Source: Nodularia sp. (in: cyanobacteria) (GTDB taxonomy: Bacteria > Cyanobacteriota > Cyanobacteriia > Cyanobacteriales > Nostocaceae). Taken from it: a DNA stretch of 64,000 bases. The translations under genes and the position numbers were made by a program. Below, piece by piece: positions 8,721 through 15,996 of this stretch (within the stretch, counting starts at the first letter, position 1; every line of letters begins with the position of its first letter). The notes under the pieces are model-generated. The model was not told the DNA's origin. It was given only the letters and a program-made list of their open reading frames with translations, and did not search any database. Location of the stretch: positions 8,527 to 72,526 of the forward strand of contig REBL01000110.1 in NCBI GenBank assembly GCA_007692755.1, given 5' to 3'.

Positions 8721-9899
8721 ATGATATTTGCATTAAGCTCTCAAAATGTTTTTGATTATTTAGTTACACACCAGATATGTCAACTAGAAGAACAACCGAG
8801 TAGTATTGAGATTAAATTTGCTAAAAACTTTAATTTGCTATTGCAGTTGAAAAATGGCTGTCAGCTTTTAGTTAAACAAGAGCGCCACACCCTGGATGGA
8901 AAAACTGCTGGTGAATTTCTCAATGAATGGCGAACTCAAGAGTTATTACGAAAATTTTCAGAATTTGAGGGCATTAAGTCATCATTTCCAGAAGTGCTGT
9001 ATTTTAATGCCATTGATTCAATTATTGTTTTCAATTACCTGGCCGATTATCGTGACTTAAACGATTTTCATATCAAGACAAATATTTTCCCGGCTGAGGT
9101 CGCTACCTTAATTGGAGGCATATTAGCAGAAGTACATCGCACCACAATTAATCATCGAAAATATCAGGAATTTTTGGTTGAGCAACTTAATGGTGAAGCA
9201 AATTTACAGGTTTCCGACTTTACGCGTGGGTTGGAGCGTGTTGAACCTGAAATATTTGGCTTGGTTCCCGCAGATGCTCTGAAATTTTTTGCACTTTATC
9301 AGCGCTATGACAGTCTTGGTCAAGCATTAACAGAACTTTCTGGCGCGTTTACACCTTGCTGTTTGACTCACAATGACTTGAAGTTAAATAACATTTTACT
9401 GCACAATGACTGGGAGCAATTCTTGGGTAGTGCAGAACCAGCTAGGGCTGGGATAATTCGGATCATCGATTGGGAACGCTCCGGTTGGGGAGATCCTGCT
9501 TATGATTTGGGGACTATTATTGCTAGTTACCTGCAAATTTGGCTCAGTAGCTTGGTAATTAGCCAATCTCTAGATATTCAAGCAGCATTACGCCTGGCCA
9601 TAGTACCTTTAGAATATCTACAACCTTCAATAACAGCTTTGATCAAAGCTTATTTTAGTAAATTCCCGGAAATTTTAGAGCATCGCCCAGATTTTTTAAA
9701 ACGTACAATTCAATTTTCAGGACTTGCCTTGATTCAACAAATTCAGGCAATGATTCAATACCAAAAATCCTTTGGTAATGCGGGTATTTTTATGCTGCAA
9801 GTTGCCAAAAGTTTGCTATGTCGTCCAGAGCAATCGATATCGACAGTGTTTGGAATGACAGAGTTAGAGTTGATTAACCTCAGCTACTCTCAAGTCTGA
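8721..9899 (+). CDS. APH / eukaryotic-like protein-kinase-fold phosphotransferase
   Basis: The catalytic loop HNDLKLNNILL matches the H-x-D-L-K-x-x-N type. The metal-binding segment is IRIIDWERSGWGDPAYDLG. The size and layout fit the aminoglycoside-phosphotransferase-family kinases used in class V lanthipeptide clusters. Confidence 0.7.
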   Translation: MIFALSSQNVFDYLVTHQICQLEEQPSSIEIKFAKNFNLLLQLKNGCQLLVKQERHTLDGKTAGEFLNEWRTQELLRKFSEFEGIKSSFPEVLYFNAIDSIIVFNYLADYRDLNDFHIKTNIFPAEVATLIGGILAEVHRTTINHRKYQEFLVEQLNGEANLQVSDFTRGLERVEPEIFGLVPADALKFFALYQRYDSLGQALTELSGAFTPCCLTHNDLKLNNILLHNDWEQFLGSAEPARAGIIRIIDWERSGWGDPAYDLGTIIASYLQIWLSSLVISQSLDIQAALRLAIVPLEYLQPSITALIKAYFSKFPEILEHRPDFLKRTIQFSGLALIQQIQAMIQYQKSFGNAGIFMLQVAKSLLCRPEQSISTVFGMTELELINLSYSQV

Positions 9900-9924
9900 G
9901 TTTCGTTGTTTAACCAAGATTTTT

Positions 9925-11052
9925 ATGCAATTACTGGATTCTCTTCAAAATCAATTACCAGTTAATTTCTCCAATAATGTGCTGGATGCAATCCGAGACA
10001 TTGCGCGCAATGTTCAGTTTCAGTCTAATTTCTGTGTCAGCCATCCAGCATACAAACCTTTGGATTTACCAGAAGAGGTGGTGACTCGATTTCAAAAAGT
10101 ACCTTTAGACCTGCAAAATAAGTATCTAAGTTTGCAATTACGCAGCTTTATTTATGGAATTTATTATAACGGTTCCTTGTGGAATACTCTCGCTTTGGGT
10201 AAAGATTCAAAAGATTTGCTTCTACAACAAAATCTAGAGAACAATACTCTATTGGGAGTAGATTGGGAATTTTATGCCCGACTGCATGAAAGCAATAGTG
10301 GACAAGGTTACTTTGATCCTGGTTGGCAGGTGTTGAAGTTAGAAATTGATGGTGATCTAGTGGTCACGAAGGGTGGATTAAAACTTCATATTAACCGCGA
10401 TCGCCATCTGCAACTCGAAGAACAATCTGCTAACCTGGGAGACATTGTGGCCATCCGCCTCCCACGAAATTTGATTCAAAATGGCTTTTATGTAGCTGTT
10501 GGTAATGCAGGGACAAATAGCCATAAAAAGGCAGAAAATCAGACTCAATTGGTGCGCGTTTACTTCAATTTAGCTCCTGAAGGCGCACCTGCTGTGATGA
10601 AAAATTTAACGCAACACCTCAATGCAGCGTCAATCTTCTTTTCTTTTAAACTTCTCTACAATCCCGCCGACTATACCCGCTTTGATTCAGGTGTTCTCTA
10701 TTTTGAGCGCAGCCATTATGAAACTATGCGCCAAGTCATACAAACAGTGTATACCCAAGAGCGATCGCACTTCCAAAGAGAAATACCTCTATTTACCAAG
10801 TTCCTCGCACCAGGTTTAGGACTAGCCGAAGAACCAAATCATCAGTTTTCTGAACAAGAAAGTTTTGGAATGCATCGGTGTCAAATAGTCAGTAATGGGC
10901 TATTAACAGCGCAGCAATTAGGGGACGAGTCAGAAGATACCAGAATAAACTTGATTCTGGAAGAATTTTCGGCTCTGGGTATTAAGTTAGCACATCCTTA
11001 CTTAAACGCTAATTCGGAAGACATTTATACCCCACTGGACTTATGCGAATAG
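9925..11052 (+). CDS. HopA1-effector-family-like protein (candidate phospho-Ser/Thr lyase)
   Basis: The assignment is by recollection of family features: RVYFNLAPEGAPAVMKNLTQHLN...FSFKLLYNPADYTRFDSGVLYF, about 370 aa, and obligate adjacency to an APH-type kinase. I did not verify it by HMM. The gene is tightly packed between the kinase and the reductase genes. Confidence 0.5.
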   Translation: MQLLDSLQNQLPVNFSNNVLDAIRDIARNVQFQSNFCVSHPAYKPLDLPEEVVTRFQKVPLDLQNKYLSLQLRSFIYGIYYNGSLWNTLALGKDSKDLLLQQNLENNTLLGVDWEFYARLHESNSGQGYFDPGWQVLKLEIDGDLVVTKGGLKLHINRDRHLQLEEQSANLGDIVAIRLPRNLIQNGFYVAVGNAGTNSHKKAENQTQLVRVYFNLAPEGAPAVMKNLTQHLNAASIFFSFKLLYNPADYTRFDSGVLYFERSHYETMRQVIQTVYTQERSHFQREIPLFTKFLAPGLGLAEEPNHQFSEQESFGMHRCQIVSNGLLTAQQLGDESEDTRINLILEEFSALGIKLAHPYLNANSEDIYTPLDLCE

Positions 11053-12056
11053 GCGATTTATCTCAAAAGCCAACAACTGTACTCGGTGAATCAAACCAAT
11101 TAATCGCTAAATTTACCGAGTCAGATATACCTTTTTATCGCCAACTGGGGCGAACTAATTTAAAAGTAAGTTGTCTGGGTTTAGGCGGTGGGGGATCAAT
11201 TTCCAGTGAAGATACCCTTTACGCCTTTGAGCAAGGAATTAATTATTTCTTCTACTCCAGCGATCTGCATCATTTTTTATACAGGTCAATGGCTGATGCT
11301 CTGCGTAAACTCTGCGGACGAGGCTCTTCGGTACGCGAAAAAGTTGTTCTAGCAACAGTCACTTATATTAAAAATCCAGAAATTGTTCTCTCTGCTCTAT
11401 TCGATCAGTTTCAAGAACTGGGTATTGATTACATTGATGTCCTGCATTGGGGTTGGGTAGGAGAAAATGATCACTCAGCTCTGAATAATTGCTTGCAGCT
11501 TTCCCCAGATATCAGAGGTGCAAGTAGCGTTTATCAGCGCACCATTGAAAGAGTATTTGGTGTCTCAGAGCGCCTAAAAAAAATGGGAGCTGTCCGCTAT
11601 GTTGGTGCTTCTTTCCATGACCTCAATTTAGCTCATCAGTGGTTAAATAGCCCTTTGTTAGATGTGGTGATGGTGAGGCATAATGTCGCTCATCGCTCTG
11701 CTCAACATCAAGCCTTTAATTGTTTGAATGTAGCAGATCCACAGCGTCCAGGGATTGTCACATTTAAATCTACAGGCTCTCATACTGGTTCCTTGTGGGA
11801 AGTTCCTCCTAGTTTACCTAGTAATTGCTGGCGACCTAATGTGCCAGATTTATACCGATACTCCTTATCGCAGAATTCTGTTGATGTTTGCCTCATGGGC
11901 TTGCAGCGTCGGGAAGAAATTGATGCTGCGATCGCGGGTGTGCAAAGAGGTAAATTAACTCCTGGTGAGATAGAATACCTCAACTTCTACGGAGATTTAC
12001 ACCGCGATCGCATAAAAATTGGGGATATTCCCCCAGAAAAGTTGATTTACCGATAA
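11043..12056 (+). CDS. Aldo/keto-reductase-like oxidoreductase
   Basis: FYRQLGRTNLKVSCLGLGGG matches the AKR N-terminal Y-x-x-LG-x-T-x-x-x-VS-x-LG-x-G. A (beta/alpha)8-like periodicity follows. The canonical D-T-A..Y catalytic stretch is replaced by GINYFFYSSDLHHFLY, so the tetrad is not confidently identifiable. The ATG overlaps the upstream stop by 10 nt. Confidence 0.55.
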   Translation: MRIGDLSQKPTTVLGESNQLIAKFTESDIPFYRQLGRTNLKVSCLGLGGGGSISSEDTLYAFEQGINYFFYSSDLHHFLYRSMADALRKLCGRGSSVREKVVLATVTYIKNPEIVLSALFDQFQELGIDYIDVLHWGWVGENDHSALNNCLQLSPDIRGASSVYQRTIERVFGVSERLKKMGAVRYVGASFHDLNLAHQWLNSPLLDVVMVRHNVAHRSAQHQAFNCLNVADPQRPGIVTFKSTGSHTGSLWEVPPSLPSNCWRPNVPDLYRYSLSQNSVDVCLMGLQRREEIDAAIAGVQRGKLTPGEIEYLNFYGDLHRDRIKIGDIPPEKLIYR

Positions 12057-12152
12057 ATGAAAGCAACCGCCGATGTGTGGGGTTTACCTACCTCTGGCCG
12101 CAATCTCTAATTTCATTCATCCAAATTGCTCATAATTACAAAGGATAGAGTC

Positions 12153-12890
12153 ATGGTAGAAAGTTTGACAAAACCTTCATCAATTGTCCCAGCCACAGAT
12201 GCAGAAATTTTAGCTTACCTGCGTTATTCTCACAAAATTACTGATATTGCTGCTTTAGTAGAACGAAATACCATAGTTTTACGAGCTTGCGAGAAGTTTA
12301 ATATTATAGTTACCGATGAAGAACTACAAGCAGCCGGAGATACATTTCGTTTAGAACACAAGCTTGTGGGAGCATCAGAAACCTTTAACTGGCTGTCTCA
12401 GCAGCGAATTTCTGTAGAAGATTGGTCTTTAGGCATCAAAATTGACCTTCTTACCAAAAAACTGAAAGAATATCTCTTTGGTATGGAAGTTGACGCTGAT
12501 TACATGAACAACCGCAATGGCTATCGGCGAGTCATGCTATCTCAGATTTTAGTACCTGATTTATCTGATGCCTTAAAAATTGTCCATTTAATTCAAAAAG
12601 AAAATGCTTCTTTTGCAGCCCTAGCTGTAGAATATTCTCAAGGTAAAAAATCTCAAGAAAATGGTGGTTTTGTTGGCTTACATTTGCTAGTAGAATTGAT
12701 GCCAGAAATTGTCCAAGCTCTCACTGATGCAGTAGCAGGAGAAATAATTGGACCAATTTCCAGCCAACTTGGTCATCACATTCTGAGAATTGAAAAATGG
12801 TTCCCTTCTGAACTGACTAATTCAGGTAGGGAAAATATTTTAGAATCTCTTTTCCAAGTTTGGTTACAAAATTTTCGCGCTAATTTTTGA
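12153..12890 (+). CDS. Parvulin-type peptidyl-prolyl isomerase with SurA-N-like domain (copy 2)
   Basis: It has the same architecture as copy 1. The rotamase region is SQENGGFVGLHLLVELMPEIV ... SSQLGHHILRIEK. I place the start at ATG 12153; the track uses the TTG at 12126. Confidence 0.65.
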   Translation: MVESLTKPSSIVPATDAEILAYLRYSHKITDIAALVERNTIVLRACEKFNIIVTDEELQAAGDTFRLEHKLVGASETFNWLSQQRISVEDWSLGIKIDLLTKKLKEYLFGMEVDADYMNNRNGYRRVMLSQILVPDLSDALKIVHLIQKENASFAALAVEYSQGKKSQENGGFVGLHLLVELMPEIVQALTDAVAGEIIGPISSQLGHHILRIEKWFPSELTNSGRENILESLFQVWLQNFRANF

Positions 12891-13211
12891 AATCAGCCAC
12901 TTTTTTAAAGAGTGGAATTTTACTGCCATTTTCTAGCATAAAAATGCCAAAATACGACGTATTTACTTAAAATTCATTTTAAGTGATTTGGCTCATCTTC
13001 TATTCTGTCTAAAGCTTTTTTAGCTCTAAATACAAGTCGTAAATAAGCTAATTGGCTATTCCAAGCTGAACGAGGTAACAGAGGTTCAGGGGAATTTAAC
13101 TCGGCTTGAGTTTGATTGGAGGATGAATCCAAATTACTGTTCATTTCTTTTGTGGACATATTCAGATCAATCAAAAAATTGGTGAACTGGCTTTCAATTA
13201 GAAGCAACTGA

Positions 13212-14456
13212 CTATGGGACTGACTCTGGTTCCTTTTGCCAACTGTCTGACCAATGAACGCGATCGCTTGTAAAATGTAGTGGATCGTTTTCTGGCCAAG
13301 GGGCATCAATCGGTTCTTCAATCAAAGCAAACTCCCCATTATCAAAGGGATTGCCATCGGCTCGACGTTGGAGAAATACTCGTTCTCTCATGCCATTTTT
13401 TTCGTGAGTCAAGGCGCGATGATGACAGTAAGGATTATTCCCGCGCTTGTCAAAAAAGACGTGTGCAGTCCAACTGCAACCACCTCGACACAATTCGGCA
13501 AACTCGCAAGTTTTGCAGAAACCCCAGAGATGATCTGTACCTTGGGGAGTACCAGCACCTAAATTAAACCGCAATTCTTCCGTTTCCTCAATGATGCTTC
13601 GCAAAGAGCGATCGCGGATATTACCACCTGTATAAGCTGAAGTTGGTAATGAAGGACAACCTTTAATCGCCCCATCGGCTTCAATTCCTAAAGCCGAGAG
13701 TCCAGCACTGCATCCCTGCCAAAAAGTCCAAGCATCCCCATCACCTCTTAACAATCGCTCATAGGGGCCGTAGTAACCGATATTATTCCCTGCTTGCAGT
13801 CTGACCCCCTCTTCCTTGGCACGTTTAGCAACACGAGCAATCATCGGATAAACATCCAAGAGTTCGTAAGGTTGCAACAGAATCTCATTATTATCCGCCG
13901 CATTGCCCATCGGTACAGTTAACTGAATCTGCCAAGCAAAAATACCTGCATCCCGGAGATGTTCATATATACTGGGGAATTCTGGTGCAGAAAGGCGATT
14001 GATTTGTGTATTGCAACCAAAAGGAATACCTGCTTGCTTCAGATGACTCATAGTTTTAAAAGCCCATTGCCAAGCACCTTGTTTACCACGGATGCGATCG
14101 TGAGTTGCTTCCAAGCCATCTACAGATACAGAAACTACACCAATACCAGCGGCTTTCATCCGGTGGGCTGTGTCTAAAGTAATTCCATAACCCCCAGTAG
14201 TCATACCACATAGCATTCCCGCTTGGGTAATGGCTTGGGCAATTTCTAACCAATCTGGACGGAGAAACGCTTCACCTCCAATAATAGTTACTTCAGTGAT
14301 GCCAACATCTGCCATTTGTTTAACCATATCCAGGGCTTCTGCTGTGGTCAATTCATTTACCCTAGTTTGTCCAGCACGAGAACCGCAGTGTTGACAAGCA
14401 AGATTGCATTTTAATGTAATTTCCCAAACCGCATAGCTAATTCGGCGATAGGTCAT
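13212..14456 (-). CDS. Radical SAM / SPASM-domain peptide maturase (splicease-like candidate)
   Basis: C-x3-C-x2-C at WEITLKCNLACQHCGSRAG. The C-terminal auxiliary-cluster Cys set is CSAG...GCPSLP...CKTCEFAELCRGGCSWTAH...YCHH. It is the last large gene of an operon containing Nif11-leader precursors. Confidence 0.85.
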   Translation of the reverse strand: MTYRRISYAVWEITLKCNLACQHCGSRAGQTRVNELTTAEALDMVKQMADVGITEVTIIGGEAFLRPDWLEIAQAITQAGMLCGMTTGGYGITLDTAHRMKAAGIGVVSVSVDGLEATHDRIRGKQGAWQWAFKTMSHLKQAGIPFGCNTQINRLSAPEFPSIYEHLRDAGIFAWQIQLTVPMGNAADNNEILLQPYELLDVYPMIARVAKRAKEEGVRLQAGNNIGYYGPYERLLRGDGDAWTFWQGCSAGLSALGIEADGAIKGCPSLPTSAYTGGNIRDRSLRSIIEETEELRFNLGAGTPQGTDHLWGFCKTCEFAELCRGGCSWTAHVFFDKRGNNPYCHHRALTHEKNGMRERVFLQRRADGNPFDNGEFALIEEPIDAPWPENDPLHFTSDRVHWSDSWQKEPESVP

Positions 14457-14483
14457 AAAAGTTACCTCTAATTAATTTAGATA

Positions 14484-14509
14484 GGGACGAGTTTCATTTC
14501 ATCCGTCCC
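14484..14509 (-). promoter_or_regulatory. Intercistronic stem-loop between the precursor genes and the rSAM gene
   Basis: GGGACG (14484-14489) pairs with CGTCCC (14504-14509) around a 14-nt loop. It lies between the stop of the Nif11 precursor (14525) and the rSAM start (14456). Confidence 0.3.
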
Positions 14510-14524
14510 CAATACTCTAATTTC

Positions 14525-14872
14525 CTAAAATTCAGAGTTTACAACTCCATACAATGGCTGAGGTTGAGGTTCCCACGGCATAGGTGGCCACGTAATTACC
14601 CCATATAGTGGCCGAATTACAGGCTTGCCCAGAAAGCCACCAAAAACAGCTTCTAGTTCTTTTTCACTCAAATCTTGGAGTTCACCTTTATTAGCAGTGG
14701 ATTCCAACAATTGGATGGTATATTCTTCAAACTCTTGTTGTGTAAAATCGTAACCTGCACTTTGAACTACTTGGCTACATTCATCTTTACTTTGCACACC
14801 TTGTATTTGAGTGCGAAAAGTTTCATCATTTGCTAACTGTTCGTAGAAACCTTTGACGTTTTCTAGAGACAT
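14525..14872 (-). CDS. Nif11-type leader precursor peptide N1 (79-aa leader ending GG, 36-aa core with two L-Y-G motifs)
   Basis: The leader MSLENVKGFYEQLANDETFRTQIQGVQSKDECSQVVQSAGYDFTQQEFEEY...LSEKELEAVFGG is the Nif11 leader family. The core is FLGKPVIRPLYGVITWPPMPWEPQPQPLYGVVNSEF. The LYG codons are at 14600-14608 and 14546-14554. Confidence 0.9.
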   Translation of the reverse strand: MSLENVKGFYEQLANDETFRTQIQGVQSKDECSQVVQSAGYDFTQQEFEEYTIQLLESTANKGELQDLSEKELEAVFGGFLGKPVIRPLYGVITWPPMPWEPQPQPLYGVVNSEF

Positions 14873-14896
14873 AGTTTTATCCTCAAAAAGTCACTT

Positions 14897-15226
14897 TTAA
14901 AGAGTATTTCGTGGCAAAAGATTAATTGGTGGCAACCCATACAGTAAGACCATATAAGGTAATATAGATCCCACAAGTGCTGTAGTTGCACCACCAACAA
15001 CTGCTGCTAATTCTTTTTCACTCAAATCTTGGAGTTCACCTTCATTAGCAGTGGATTCCAATAATTGGAGAGTATATTCTTCAAACTCTTCTTGTGTGAA
15101 ATCGTAGCCAGCACTTTTAACTATTTGGCTACATTCATCTTTACTTGTAGCACCTTGAACTTGAGCGCGGAAATGCTCATCTTTTGCTATTGTTTCGTAG
15201 AAAAATTTGACGTGTTCTAAAGACAT
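14897..15226 (-). CDS. Nif11-type leader precursor peptide N2 (79-aa leader ending GG, 30-aa core with one L-Y-G motif)
   Basis: The leader closely matches N1 by eye (MSLEHVKFFYETIAKDEHFRAQVQG...LSEKELAAVVGG). The core ATTALVGSILPYMVLLYGLPPINLLPRNTL is unrelated. The LYG codons are at 14936-14944. Confidence 0.9.
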   Translation of the reverse strand: MSLEHVKFFYETIAKDEHFRAQVQGATSKDECSQIVKSAGYDFTQEEFEEYTLQLLESTANEGELQDLSEKELAAVVGGATTALVGSILPYMVLLYGLPPINLLPRNTL

Positions 15227-15258
15227 ATTCTGCTCCTAAAATAGAATTGTAAATTGGC

Positions 15259-15696
15259 TTATCTAGAAATGGGAGTTGCTACATCTACTATGAGGTCAGA
15301 TGCATTGTAGTTATCTGTAATCACTTGCGGGCAACGCTTACAAGCTGCCTTACCTTCTTGTTGCCACCAACGACAATCTCTGCGTATAGAACAGGGAGGA
15401 AGTTCCTCAGCTACCGCAGGTAATTTCTCTACAACTTGCATTGCGAGACGGCAATCTTGTCCATCAAAATGCTGACAGTTTTTAGTCGCGCAAGGTGAAG
15501 CTGTACGGAAGATTTCGGCAGGTGTAATGGGACTAGCTTTGGCTAATAGTTCACTTGTGACAGGCTGTGGCTGCTTGAGATAAGCTACACGAGGTTCTGC
15601 TACAGTTCCACCGATGACTCCAAAGACAACACTATTTACAGATTCTGGCCTAGCACTGGGACAGAGTGTGGTATTTTCAGTAGGCAAATTTTCCAT
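15259..15696 (-). CDS. Small 8-Cys protein of unknown function (candidate rSAM accessory / PlpY-like partner)
   Basis: 145 aa. The Cys pattern is CATKNCQHFDGQDCRLA ... PPCSIRRDCRWWQQEGKAACKRCPQV. It lies between precursor genes in the same operon as the rSAM enzyme. I recognise no enzymatic motif. Confidence 0.5.
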   Translation of the reverse strand: MENLPTENTTLCPSARPESVNSVVFGVIGGTVAEPRVAYLKQPQPVTSELLAKASPITPAEIFRTASPCATKNCQHFDGQDCRLAMQVVEKLPAVAEELPPCSIRRDCRWWQQEGKAACKRCPQVITDNYNASDLIVDVATPISR

Positions 15697-15741
15697 TAAT
15701 CAAGCCTCTAGCAAAGAAACTGTTTTTACTTCAGGCTCAAA

Positions 15742-15996
15742 TTACTTAATTGTTATTGTTGGTGGGATATAAATAATGCCTAGTGTAATTGGAGGACAAA
15801 TAGGGAAGTAACCCGCGATCGCAAACTTTGTCACCAGACCGCCAGAAATATTTGCAGCTTCTTCTTCAGACAAGCCTGACAAAGCTGGTTCGGCATCTAA
15901 TGCTTGGTTTCTTCTTTCTACTGCATTGTTCACAGCATCATCAATCAAATCATTAATTTCAAATTGACTGTGACGCTCACTTTGATTCTTTGCCAT
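15742..15996 (-). CDS. Double-glycine-leader precursor peptide G3 (53-aa non-Nif11 leader, 31-aa Pro-rich core)
   Basis: I place the start at ATG 15996 (MAKNQSERH...), which is preceded by GAGGAAA. The track begins at 16080. The leader ends LSGLSEEEAANISGG. The core is LVTKFAIAGYFPICPPITLGIIYIPPTITIK. Confidence 0.7.
   Translation of the reverse strand: MAKNQSERHSQFEINDLIDDAVNNAVERRNQALDAEPALSGLSEEEAANISGGLVTKFAIAGYFPICPPITLGIIYIPPTITIK

Noticed and set aside
10622-11983. Short ORFs 10622-10819 (+), 11755-11958 (+) and 11780-11983 (-)
   Set aside because: They are alternative-frame or antisense ORFs nested in the HopA1-like and AKR-like genes. They have low-complexity translations and no independent support.
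12974-13321. 115-aa minus-strand ORF downstream of the rSAM gene
   Set aside because: Its 5' third overlaps the rSAM C-terminus in another frame. A shorter version from ATG 13159 (62 aa) is possible, but it has no RBS and no motif, so I cannot support it as a gene.
13280-14177. Plus-strand ORFs 13280-13567, 13368-13562 and 13959-14177
   Set aside because: They are antisense to the rSAM/SPASM gene, whose Cys motifs give it clear priority.
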